A stretch of 63,457 nt of DNA, counting the filler, from Actinomycetota bacterium (lineage in GTDB: Bacteria > Actinomycetota > Acidimicrobiia > Spongiisociales > UBA4744), in the NCBI GenBank assembly GCA_013152275.1. It is 5 parts of 5 records of this genome, joined end to end, with 100 filler letters (N's around TTAATTAATTAA, not from the genome) between each part and the next. Parts side by side here need not be neighbours in the genome. Positions count along the whole stretch, not along the records: positions 1 to 22,791 come from JAADGS010000047.1; 4 more parts are not named here. One strand, written 5' to 3'. The position numbers and the translations under genes are program-made. Below the pieces are notes generated by a model, which was not told the origin of the DNA, searched no databases, and worked only from the letters and a program-made list of their open reading frames with translations. Position 1 is the first letter of the stretch, and the number at the start of each line of letters is the position of its first letter. Positions 11,356 to 20,716 of the stretch are shown one piece after another.

Positions 11356-11791
11356 CCCCACCCGCGGGCGTCGAGCACGAGATCCCGGGAAGCCGGCCAC
11401 GAAGAGCCCTGGGTGAGGAGGGACAGGTGCCACCGCCCGGCCGGCTGCGTGTATCCGGACCGCACGACTGACGCAAGGCGGGAATGGAGACGTCGGAGAC
11501 TCACGGCTGGACACGTGCGCACGAGGCCATCAGGGCGTTCGGCGAGCACCACCGAGGGTCGAACGCCCCGGCGCATGCGACCACCAGGTTCGAGGGGTCG
11601 AAAGCCGACTCTCGGTCCTCATCATGTCGCGTTCCTTTCCCTCCCGTCCCGGCCTCTCACGCGACGCAGGTGCGCACCCTCGACGATCACTCCGGCCGGC
11701 GCGCGGCATGCCCGCGAGCTTCAGCCGTTGACGGTGGCGACGTGGCGAACCATGGTCCGGTCTTCCGGGCAATCCCGTCCGGTGTCGCCCG

Positions 11792-12262
11792 TCACGTCGA
11801 TCGGGCTGTGAGGAGAGCCGCCAACCGGGCCGATGTGACGTTGCCGACCACCTGCCGGCCATCGATCTCGACAACGGGTACGGCACGAAACCCCTTGGAC
11901 CGAACGAGTCCCGGCCGAAAGGTGACGTCCACCTCGTCCAGCTCGAAGCCCAACTCCTGTTGCAGGCGCCGCAGCCGCTCGCGAACAAGCGGGCAGAATG
12001 GACACACGTTCGCGGTGTAGAGCGTGACCCGAGTTACGGCACGCTCAGGCATCGCCTCGACCGGCTCGTCGGCCACCGAACCGTATCCGACCCAGCGAGA
12101 GATACGGGGGAACCAGCGTACGTAGGCCACTTGGGCGGCCACACCGACGAGAAGCACGAAGACCCCGACCTGCCAACCGGCGCTCAACCCGAGGATCACG
12201 GCAAGGAGCGGCAACCCGAGCCAGCTCAGCCAGACCGCCCAGAAAGAGCACTGCTGTTTCAC
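11792..12262 (-). CDS. Membrane-anchored glutaredoxin-like protein (two N-terminal TM helices, CPFC)
   Basis: GTG after GGAGGAGG; hydrophobic N-terminus; TLYTANVCPFC...AVPVVEIDG. Confidence 0.75.
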   Translation of the reverse strand: MKQQCSFWAVWLSWLGLPLLAVILGLSAGWQVGVFVLLVGVAAQVAYVRWFPRISRWVGYGSVADEPVEAMPERAVTRVTLYTANVCPFCPLVRERLRRLQQELGFELDEVDVTFRPGLVRSKGFRAVPVVEIDGRQVVGNVTSARLAALLTARST

Positions 12263-12500
12263 GACCGCCGACCTCCTCCGGCACAACCCTACAGAGGTGA
12301 CACCGCTCGACCGGACAAACACCCCCACCATGATCGATGGCCGGCCAAGCCCTCCAACCGGCGTCCGATCGGCCGGATCGGCCGGGACAAGACCGGCGAT
12401 CCCGTGTGCTCGGTGCTCGCCGAGCAGAGGGCCCTCCCCGATCACCTGACGCGATCGTTGACGCGAGAACTGGGCACAAAACCCGCCGACCTTATCGCTA

Positions 12501-12805
12501 TCACCGTGTGAGACCGCCCACGGCGTGGCGGCCATCCCTCGCGGGAGCCTCGACTTCCTTCTCCAGTTCGACGGTAGGCAAGATCCGGTCCAGCCACTTG
12601 GGTAGCCGCCAGTTCCACTCACCCATGAGACGCATCGTGGCCGGCACGAGGATGACCCGGATCAACGCGGCATCGACGATGACCGCCGGCACCTGTGGGT
12701 CATCGATGTCCTGGTCGGATCGGACCACGACCTGAACCGGCGAGGTGAGCCCCTCACCGAAGGCGCCGACCAGCATCTCGTAGCCCTGACGGTCCGCTTC
12801 ACGGT
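12501..12805 (-). pseudogene. MMPL/RND transporter remnant with large internal deletion
   Basis: Mid-protein motif RQGYEML..AFGEG..SP.QVVV joined to C-terminal motif IVDAALIR..LVPATMRLMGEWNW.LPKWLDRILP. Confidence 0.75.
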
Positions 12806-12941
12806 ATGGAGCGCATATCCCGCAATGGCCTGCGATACGCCTTCCTGGTCGACCTCGCGGGCCAGACCACGCAGGCATGCGTGAGAAAGTGGACGTTCGC
12901 CGGAACCGCCCGAGCGGCATTCGAGCGGCCGGCCATTGCAC

Positions 12942-13874
12942 TCAGCGTCTTCGCTCGAGATCGTTCGTGTAGCTGCGACCGAGAGTGTCTGCCTCACTGT
13001 GGAGCCATTCGGTGAAGCTGGTTCCCCCGAGCGGCGGCGTACCGGTGTACATGAGTTCATCGCGGAGGCCGGAGATCTCGTGTCGGGTAATGATGATGTC
13101 TCGGAGAAACAGACCCAGAGCGCGGCCTGCCAGGAGCAAGGCGAGGTCGGGGACCGGCACGATCAGCCTGTGTACCCCCATCGCCCGGGCCATCTGGTGG
13201 ACCAACTCCCTGTAGGTGAAGGTCTCGGGCCCAACGGCGTCGAGTGTCTCGTCGAGGTCACCGCTCGCGGCATCTACGCAGATCGTGGCCAAGTCCTCGA
13301 CATGGACCGGTGTCAGTCGGTACTCCCCGCTCCCGAACAACCCAAACACGGGGAAGTGGCGAAGAAACCAGGCGATGTTGTTGATCAGCACGTTCTCTGG
13401 GCCACCGAAGATGACGGTGGGACGCACGATCGCATGTGACATTCCCGATGCTTGGAGCTCGCGTTCGAGGAGTGCCTTGCCGCGGAAGTAGCCCCAGTCG
13501 GAGTCCTCGCGGGCGTTGGCGACACTGAGGTGCACCAGCCGCCCGACCCCGGCCTGTCGAGCGCACTCGAACAGGATCCTCGTGCGCTCGACCGCCAGGT
13601 CGTATCCGAATTCCCTCGTCCCGCTTCGGTAGTCGTACCGCACCCAATAGGTGTTGTAGAGCGCAACGGCGCCCCGCAGCGAATCGACGAGCGCATCGCG
13701 GTCCTCGAATTCGATCGGGCGCACCTCGACAGCATCACCGAACGGGTTCTCGCGATGCAATGAGTTCGTCAACGTCCGGACTCGCATCCCCCGCTCGAGA
13801 AGTTCTTTGGCGATGTATTTTCCGCTGTAGCCAAACGCTCCCGTCACCACATGCAACGGTGCGTCCGTCACCAT
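12942..13874 (-). CDS. NAD-dependent epimerase/dehydratase (NDUFA9-like atypical SDR)
   Basis: VTGAFGYSG, YFRGKA.LE, IVRPTVIFG, PVHVEDLA. Confidence 0.88.
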   Translation of the reverse strand: MVTDAPLHVVTGAFGYSGKYIAKELLERGMRVRTLTNSLHRENPFGDAVEVRPIEFEDRDALVDSLRGAVALYNTYWVRYDYRSGTREFGYDLAVERTRILFECARQAGVGRLVHLSVANAREDSDWGYFRGKALLERELQASGMSHAIVRPTVIFGGPENVLINNIAWFLRHFPVFGLFGSGEYRLTPVHVEDLATICVDAASGDLDETLDAVGPETFTYRELVHQMARAMGVHRLIVPVPDLALLLAGRALGLFLRDIIITRHEISGLRDELMYTGTPPLGGTSFTEWLHSEADTLGRSYTNDLERRR

Positions 13875-14343
13875 CGGTCACGCATCGGTACTCCACGGCT
13901 CGGGCGCATGAACTCATACAAGCACGTCGACAGCCGCTCCGATCGCCCGTTCCAGGACGGTAATAAGCACATCGCGCACCCACCCCGGATCGTCAGATCG
14001 CGCTCGGCTCCGGCCCCGGGGACGACAGCACGGCCCGGGCTTTGTCGCCAGGGCCGGTTTCGACTTTCCGTACCTCTCCAGCTTCGGTGTCCCCCACCCT
14101 GTCAGCCTGATGACCGAGGCTCTCTCGGCCCTCGAGACGGGAGGGTTACGCCCGTCGGCCCGCAAAGCACACGTCCTCCCCCTCGAACCTGACCGTCCAC
14201 CGGGAGCCTGTGTGGCGCCGTCGCGTCGTGCGATATCCCGCCTGTACCCGAGTCCCGCTCGGCCCGCGAGTAACGACGTTTTCTGTTTGAACCATTCCAT
14301 TCCTCCAACCGCCCTGCCCGGCGCATCTCCACAGACGAGGGGC

Positions 14344-14397
14344 TTGACGTCGGTGGGGAAGAGGATTACGGTGTAAACCGGTTTAGTAAACCGGATC
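14344..14397 (+). promoter_or_regulatory. Promoter region and LacI-type operator(s) of the sugar ABC operon
   Basis: TTGACG at 14344; perfect palindrome TAAACCGGTTTA at 14374-14385 followed by a second GTAAACCGGAT; LacI gene ends the operon. Confidence 0.7.
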
Positions 14398-14446
14398 AAC
14401 AGTCTCGATTCATGGAGATTGGGACGGTTTGGAGGAGGAGATCTCG

Positions 14447-15805
14447 ATGTTTGGCATTACCCGCAACAGGCTGGCACTCGTGCTGTCCGCGGCCCTTTTG
14501 CTTGGCGCCTGTGCCACCGGGGCCGGCAACACCACGACTTCCGGTGCAACGACCACCGCGGCCACCGCCCCGAGTACGACAGCCGCGCCGGCGACCACCG
14601 CGCCGGCGACCACCGCACCCGCGGCGGCAGAGCCGATCACCCTGACGTTCTGGAACTACTGGGATGGCAAGAATGGGGAGGTGCTCAACCAACTGGCGGA
14701 GCAATACACCTCTGAACATCCCGGTGTGACGATCGAGTCGGTGTTCGTGGGCTGGGGCGACCTGCTGCCCAAACTCCAGACGGCGGTTGCCGGTGGAGAC
14801 ACGCCGGACATCGCCGCAGGAGATCTCGTCTGGATGCCCAAGCTGACCCGAACCGGGATTCTCGTTCCTCTGGACGAATATATACAGGCGGCGGGCGTAG
14901 ATCTCGGCGACTTCTATCCGGAGATGCTTCGAGTCGGCCAGTATCAGGGTCATACCTACAGCCTGCCCGTAAGCACGAACAACCTCGAGCTCTTCTACAA
15001 CAAGGAGCTGTTTTCCAAAGCGGGACTGGATCCCGACACGCCGCCTACGTCATGGAGTGAACTCTCGGACATGGCCGCGCAGTGCACGGATCCATCGTCC
15101 GGCGTATCCGGTCTCGAGCTCTTCACCGAGCCCGGCGAAGGACTCACATGGCAATTCCAGGTCTATCTCTGGCAGGCCGGCGGTCAGTTCCTCTCGGATG
15201 ATCTGACCAAGGCGGCCTTCAACTCGCCGGCCGGTGAGAAGGCACTGAACTTCTGGGTCGACGAGATCGACAACGGGTCCGCACCGGTTGCGCCATGGGG
15301 CCAGTTCGGCCAAGGAAAGGCCTGCATGGTGATGGACGGGTCCTGGATGGTCGGAATCTGGAGCTCCGACCCCCCGTTCGATTTCGGCACGGCACAGATG
15401 CCCTATCCGAGCAACGGGCAACCGGCCACCAACATGGGCGGAGAACAGATCTTCCTGTTCCCGTCGGATGCGGCACGCCAGCAAGCGGCTTTCGACTTCG
15501 TTTCCTGGCTCACGGGAACGGACGCACAGATCACCTGGGACAGCGAGACGGGCTTCGGGCCGGTTCGAAAGTCCGTGGCGGCGTCCGACGCGTTCGTATC
15601 TCACGTCCGAAACAGCGAGCCACGGATGCTCCCCTTCATCGAGAACCAGAAATACGCTCACAGCCGGCCACCGATTGCGAACTATCCAGAGGTCTCCGAT
15701 GCATTCTCGGAGCAGATCGAGCGTGCTCTCCTCGGAGAGAGCACACCACAACAGGCGCTCGCGGCAGCCGAGGCAGCCGTGAACAAGCTGCTCGGCGGTT
15801 CCTGA
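14447..15805 (+). CDS. Sugar ABC transporter substrate-binding lipoprotein
   Basis: Lipobox LGAC, Thr/Ala linker, LFYNKELF, GGEQ; GGAGGAG SD. Confidence 0.92.
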   Translation: MFGITRNRLALVLSAALLLGACATGAGNTTTSGATTTAATAPSTTAAPATTAPATTAPAAAEPITLTFWNYWDGKNGEVLNQLAEQYTSEHPGVTIESVFVGWGDLLPKLQTAVAGGDTPDIAAGDLVWMPKLTRTGILVPLDEYIQAAGVDLGDFYPEMLRVGQYQGHTYSLPVSTNNLELFYNKELFSKAGLDPDTPPTSWSELSDMAAQCTDPSSGVSGLELFTEPGEGLTWQFQVYLWQAGGQFLSDDLTKAAFNSPAGEKALNFWVDEIDNGSAPVAPWGQFGQGKACMVMDGSWMVGIWSSDPPFDFGTAQMPYPSNGQPATNMGGEQIFLFPSDAARQQAAFDFVSWLTGTDAQITWDSETGFGPVRKSVAASDAFVSHVRNSEPRMLPFIENQKYAHSRPPIANYPEVSDAFSEQIERALLGESTPQQALAAAEAAVNKLLGGS

Positions 15806-15849
15806 AACGGCTTGTTTCAGGAGTTCTGAGGGGGGAGCGATCCCCCCTC
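15801..15849 (+). terminator. Twin hairpins after the binding-protein gene (mRNA stabiliser/partial terminator)
   Basis: CCTGAAAC-ggctt-GTTTCAGG and GAGGGGGGA-gcga-TCCCCCCTC. Confidence 0.55.
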
Positions 15850-15875
15850 CCGACTTCGGAAGGTAGTTTCACGCC

Positions 15876-16787
15876 GTGGGCTCCGTAATCGCGTGGTACC
15901 GGACACGAAACCGTCTTGGTGATCTGAGCGCCGCCGCCGGCTTTCTCCTGCCGACGGTGCTCATCCTGGGCGTGTTCACCATCTACCCGATCCTGTATTC
16001 GGGCTACTTGAGCCTGCATGCCTGGGACGGCCTGACCGCGGCCAAGCCCTTCGTCGGATTCGACAACTACGTGCGGCTCGCGAGCTCCGGAGTTCTCGGA
16101 AGGTCGATATGGGTGACGCTGTACTACGCGGCCGGTGTCACCGTCGGCGGACTTCTGCTGGGACTGGTTGCCGCGGTGCTCATCCATTGGGTGGGCAGAG
16201 GGGCCGCCGTCTACCGTTCGATCTATTTTCTGCCGGCCATCACCGCAACGGTGGCCGTGGCCGTCGTCTGGAAGCTGCTCCTCGATCCCGGCTCGGGTTA
16301 TGTGAATACGGTGCTGCGCTCGCTGGGGATCATTGGGCCCTCCTGGCTTCGTAGTCCGGTATGGGCGATGCCGGCCGTGATCGTCGTCGGCGTATGGAAA
16401 CGGTTGGGTTTCAACACCGTCGTGTACCTGGCAGGCCTGCAGACGATTCCACATTCGATCTATGAAGCTGCGGAAGTCGATGGTGCAAGCCGGTGGAATC
16501 TCTTCAGAAGGATCAGTGTGCCGATGCTCGCACCGACAACGCTGCTGTTGGCGATCATGAGCGTCATCGACTCCTTCATGGTCTTCGATCAGGTGTTCAT
16601 CATGACCGGAGGTGGGCCCATCGGTCACACCGAGGTACTTGGCCTCCTGTTGTACAAACTGGCTTTCAGGTATCTGGATCTCGGAGGAGCTTCCGCCGTC
16701 GGTTGGGTGATGTTTGCGCTCATTGCCGGAATAAGCCTCGTGCAGTGGCGCCTCTCCGGTTCAGGGAGCAGAGGTGTCGGCCTATGA
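15876..16787 (+). CDS. Sugar ABC transporter permease
   Basis: FVGFDNY, YEAAEVDGAS EAA loop, MTGGGP. Confidence 0.92.
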   Translation: MGSVIAWYRTRNRLGDLSAAAGFLLPTVLILGVFTIYPILYSGYLSLHAWDGLTAAKPFVGFDNYVRLASSGVLGRSIWVTLYYAAGVTVGGLLLGLVAAVLIHWVGRGAAVYRSIYFLPAITATVAVAVVWKLLLDPGSGYVNTVLRSLGIIGPSWLRSPVWAMPAVIVVGVWKRLGFNTVVYLAGLQTIPHSIYEAAEVDGASRWNLFRRISVPMLAPTTLLLAIMSVIDSFMVFDQVFIMTGGGPIGHTEVLGLLLYKLAFRYLDLGGASAVGWVMFALIAGISLVQWRLSGSGSRGVGL

Positions 16788-17644
16788 CGCGCTCGGCCGG
16801 TCGCGTCCAGGGCTCCGCCCGAACCTTGGACAAGCCACGACGTGGCAAGCTCGCCATCCATCTGGCCTTGATCGCAGGCGCGCTGATCATGATGGTGCCA
16901 CTCCTGTGGATGTTGACCACCTCACTGAAGACCACGAGGAGTGTCCATCTCCCCCCGTACCTGCTACCGACCGAGTTTGCATGGAGCAACTACATCGAAG
17001 CCTGGCGTGCCGCCGATTTCGCCCGCTTCTACATCAACAGTGGAGTGATGACCGTCGGTATCGTCGGGGGTCAGCTGCTCTTCTCATCGCTGGCCGGGTA
17101 CGCGTTCGCGCGCCTGAAGTTTCCAGGCCGGAACCTGCTGTTCTTTCTGGTTCTGGCCACGATGATGGTCCCCCTCTATGTGACGCTCATACCTTCGTAT
17201 CTGATCGTGCGCTGGCTGGGCTGGCTCGACTCCTACCAGGGCCTGATCGCTCCGCGTCTCGTCAGCGCATTCGGCATCTTTCTCATGCGGCAGTTCTATC
17301 TGAGCATCCCGAGTGAACTCGAAGAAGCTGCACTCATGGATGGAGCAAGCCGCCTGAGGATCTGGTGGTCGATCGCTCTCCCCCTTTCGATGCCGGCACT
17401 GGCGACGCTCGGTATCTTCGCATTCCTGTTTTCGTGGAACGACTTCTTGTGGCCCCTCATCGTCACGTCGAGCGCCGGCATGCGCACCGTTCAGCTGGGA
17501 CTTGCCGAGTTCACCGGTCGCTACGGCACCCGGTGGACCCTTCTGACTGCAGGCAGTCTCACGGCCACGCTGCCGGCGATCATCGCGTTCCTGATCGGTC
17601 AACGATGGTTGGTAAGAGGCATCCGAGTGGAGAGGATGAAATAG
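16784..17644 (+). CDS. Sugar ABC transporter permease
   Basis: AGYAFARLKFPGR, LEEAALMDGAS, WNDFLWPL. Confidence 0.92.
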   Translation: MTRSAGRVQGSARTLDKPRRGKLAIHLALIAGALIMMVPLLWMLTTSLKTTRSVHLPPYLLPTEFAWSNYIEAWRAADFARFYINSGVMTVGIVGGQLLFSSLAGYAFARLKFPGRNLLFFLVLATMMVPLYVTLIPSYLIVRWLGWLDSYQGLIAPRLVSAFGIFLMRQFYLSIPSELEEAALMDGASRLRIWWSIALPLSMPALATLGIFAFLFSWNDFLWPLIVTSSAGMRTVQLGLAEFTGRYGTRWTLLTAGSLTATLPAIIAFLIGQRWLVRGIRVERMK

Positions 17645-17646
17645 TT

Positions 17647-19035
17647 TTGGAACGTCCAGCATGGGTCCCAAACGCAGTGTTCTATGAGGTGTTCGTTGAT
17701 CGCTTCGCGAATGGTGATCATCGAAACGACCCGCCCGGCACCGTCCCGTGGGGATCGCCTCCCACACGCGAAGATTTCCAGGGGGGTGATCTCCAGGGCA
17801 TCCTCGATCACCTGAGCTACCTCGAGGACCGAGGAGTGACTGCCCTGTACCTCACACCGATCTTTCGTTCGGGTACGAACCATCGATATGACACGTTCGA
17901 CTATCTCACAGTCGATCCCAGTGTCGGAGATCTGAGCCTTCTCAGGAGGCTCGTCCAGAAAGCACATCGGCGAGGGATACGCGTGATCCTCGACGGTGTG
18001 TTCAATCATTGCGGTGACGGCCATCGGGCTTTTGAGGATCTTCGACGACGAGGACCGGCCTCTGCGTACAAGGACTGGTTCCTGGTGAAGAGCTTCCCGA
18101 TCGAACGTGAACCGACAAGCTATCAAACGTGTGGTGGGGCAGCGTATCTCCCCAAATTGAACATCGGCAACCCCGAGGTCCGCAAGCACCTCCTCGATGT
18201 GGCGACCTATTGGATCGATGAGACCGACATCGACGGATGGCGACTGGATGTAAGTTGGAAGGTGCCGCTCGACTTCTGGGAGGAGTTCCGTCAGGTCGTC
18301 AAACGGCACAAGCCCGACGCGTATCTGGTTGGAGAGAACTGGCGCGATGGCGAGCCTTGGCTCGAAGTGTTCGACGGCATCATGAACTACCGGCTTCGCA
18401 GTGCGATCCTCGACTTCTGCGTATGGGATCGGATGGACGCCGAGGACTTCCGGGTCGAAGTCGACTACCTGATGCACCGGCATGGCGAAGCATCCGGCTG
18501 GATGCTCAACCTCGTGGGCAGCCACGACACGGCACGCCTGCTGACACTGGCGAATGGTGACAGGCGACGTGCCATCCTTGCCTTTGCGGCACTCTTCACA
18601 CTGCCCGGAGCGCCAATGGTGTACTACGGGGATGAGATCGGACTGGAAGGAGGCGACGATCCGGACTGCAGGAAAGCCATGCAGTGGGACACCCGAGAGT
18701 GGGCAAGCGACATCGCTCTCACATTCCAACAGCTGGCCGACCTGAGAAAGGCGCATCCGGCTCTTCAACGAGGCACCTGGGAACCCGCACTCGAGTTCAA
18801 CGGAGTGTTCGCGTACCGCCGTCGCCAAGGAAGGGATGACGTCATGGTGGTCTTGAACCCGAGGGAAGCCCAGAAGAACCTGGCAGTCCCGCTGCCCGGC
18901 TCCTCGAGCGCCGTCTGGACAGATCTGCTTGGCGGATCGAAGGCTGCCAACAGCGAGGGGTTTCTGAGGGTGCCCACCGTCGAAGGCACCTCTGCGATGA
19001 TCCTGGTGCCCGATCCTGGAGACAGCCATGCGTAG
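17647..19035 (+). CDS. GH13 glycosidase (neopullulanase/cyclomaltodextrinase-like)
   Basis: GGDLQGI, NHRYDT.DY, LDGVFNH, DGWRLDV, GENW, GSHDT. Confidence 0.92.
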   Translation: MERPAWVPNAVFYEVFVDRFANGDHRNDPPGTVPWGSPPTREDFQGGDLQGILDHLSYLEDRGVTALYLTPIFRSGTNHRYDTFDYLTVDPSVGDLSLLRRLVQKAHRRGIRVILDGVFNHCGDGHRAFEDLRRRGPASAYKDWFLVKSFPIEREPTSYQTCGGAAYLPKLNIGNPEVRKHLLDVATYWIDETDIDGWRLDVSWKVPLDFWEEFRQVVKRHKPDAYLVGENWRDGEPWLEVFDGIMNYRLRSAILDFCVWDRMDAEDFRVEVDYLMHRHGEASGWMLNLVGSHDTARLLTLANGDRRRAILAFAALFTLPGAPMVYYGDEIGLEGGDDPDCRKAMQWDTREWASDIALTFQQLADLRKAHPALQRGTWEPALEFNGVFAYRRRQGRDDVMVVLNPREAQKNLAVPLPGSSSAVWTDLLGGSKAANSEGFLRVPTVEGTSAMILVPDPGDSHA

Positions 19036-20074
19036 ACCGAGGATCGCCGACGTTGCCGCAGCAGCCGGAGTATCCAAGACGGCCGTGTCGTTCGCCTTCA
19101 ATGATCCGAGCCGCCTTTCCGCGGCAACCCTGAAGCGCATCCTCGAAGCGGGGAAAGAACTCGGGTACTCGCCGGATCCGGTGGCTCGCAGCATGAGCAC
19201 GGGGCGGACACAAACAATCGGGCTGCTCGTACCGCAGCCTCTTGTCGAAATGACACGCAATCCGTTTCTGGCGATGCTTCTCGAGGGGATTGCCGAAGTT
19301 GCCGAAGCCGCCGCCCTTCCGATCCTCCTCGTATCGCCCATTCGCGGAAGCATGGAGAAGGCCGTGACAGGCGCAGCCGTCGACGGGTTTCTCACCCTCG
19401 GGCTCGAAACGTTTCGACCGACCATGCACATGCTCGAGCGCCGAGGGCTCCCTTTCGTCATGATCGACTGTGAACCGGTCGAGGGGGTGGCAAGCGTCAA
19501 TATCGATGATGAACAAGGCGCGCGCATTGCCATGTCCCATGTGCTCGAGCAAGGTCACAGACGGATAGGGATCCTGGGCATTCGTTCCCCCCAGAGAGGC
19601 CAGTGGTCCAAGTACGTTGGCACGCTGCAGCGCCGCATGGCCGGCTATGCACAAGCCTTGAGCGCGGTAGGTCTGTCTCTCGACGACCCGGGGGTCCGCC
19701 TGACCGAATGCAGTGTCTCGGAGGCGGGCGGGTACCAGGGATTCGAACGACTTTGGCGACGCGGACCGCGACCGTCGGCACTGGTGGCGATGAGCGACAT
19801 CCTCGCTCTGGGAGCCCTCGAAGCCGCCCTCTCCACCGGCCTCTCGGTACCGGAGGACCTCTCGATAGTGGGGTTCGACGACATCCCTCTGGCGAAGCTG
19901 GCTCAGCCGGCACTCACCACTGTTCGCCAGCCCGTGATAGAGAAAGGTCGCATGGCGGCCCAGATGCTCCTCGACCTGTTGCAGAGCCGAGAAGAACCCC
20001 GACATGTGGTACTGCCCACCGAACTGATCATTCGAGGCTCCGTCGCACCTGCACCCGGCAAAGGGACTCGATGA
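19028..20074 (+). CDS. LacI-family transcriptional regulator
   Basis: IADVAAAAGVSKTAVS HTH; VPEDLSIVGFDD, LTTVRQP. Confidence 0.95.
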   Translation: MRRPRIADVAAAAGVSKTAVSFAFNDPSRLSAATLKRILEAGKELGYSPDPVARSMSTGRTQTIGLLVPQPLVEMTRNPFLAMLLEGIAEVAEAAALPILLVSPIRGSMEKAVTGAAVDGFLTLGLETFRPTMHMLERRGLPFVMIDCEPVEGVASVNIDDEQGARIAMSHVLEQGHRRIGILGIRSPQRGQWSKYVGTLQRRMAGYAQALSAVGLSLDDPGVRLTECSVSEAGGYQGFERLWRRGPRPSALVAMSDILALGALEAALSTGLSVPEDLSIVGFDDIPLAKLAQPALTTVRQPVIEKGRMAAQMLLDLLQSREEPRHVVLPTELIIRGSVAPAPGKGTR

Positions 20075-20716
20075 GGCGGACCGTGTCCGAGAAGACCCTT
20101 TGCTGCAGAGAGGAGAAGGAGTCTCCCCTTTCCTGTTGTGAGAGAAGCCGACCGGTTACGGAGTGATCGTGTAGCCGTTCGTCCGGGTGCCGATGGCCTC
20201 GATCCGGCGATGATCCTGTACTGGGCGCCTGCGACCAGGCACCGCGTCCGTCGAGGCAACTCCGTGCCGCTTCCTTCGGTCGACCAGGTCGATCATCGGC
20301 GCGGTCGTCGCGTGGCACCGATCACTTTGACCACACGGCGCCTGTGTGCTTGGAGCTGAAAAGCGTGCCGTCGCGTGGCGGGCCGACGACGAGGGCCCGG
20401 CGTCCCCCGAAGACTCTGGCGTGCAGCGCGACTACTCGACGTGGGCCGGGATCACTCCCTCGTTGAAGAGTATGTGGAGCACTCACAACGCGGCTTCTCT
20501 CCATGGCCTCGTGTGGCGGACCCGATACAGCATCTCGGTTCCCAGGTGCGGCGCCGCCCTGCTCTCAAGTGCAGCAACCGGACAATCACGGCGGCGAACG
20601 CCGGGACAGAAGCTGACGAACAACACCATCGAGCGTCCATGTTCGGCCCTGCCGGGACGTCGAGGCGTCACCTTCGACGAGATGCCACGATCCACCTGCC
20701 GCGAACCCCAACACAC

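Noticed and set aside
14005..14060. GC-rich hairpin, possible riboswitch upstream of the epimerase
   Set aside because: I cannot match a known aptamer consensus; an Rfam scan would be needed.
10078..19533. Long antisense ORFs (e.g. 10078..11514, 17599..19533)
   Set aside because: Shadow frames of real high-GC genes on the opposite strand.
20075..20716. Unassigned region with short ORFs, maybe a decayed gene
   Set aside because: No recognisable family motif in any frame.
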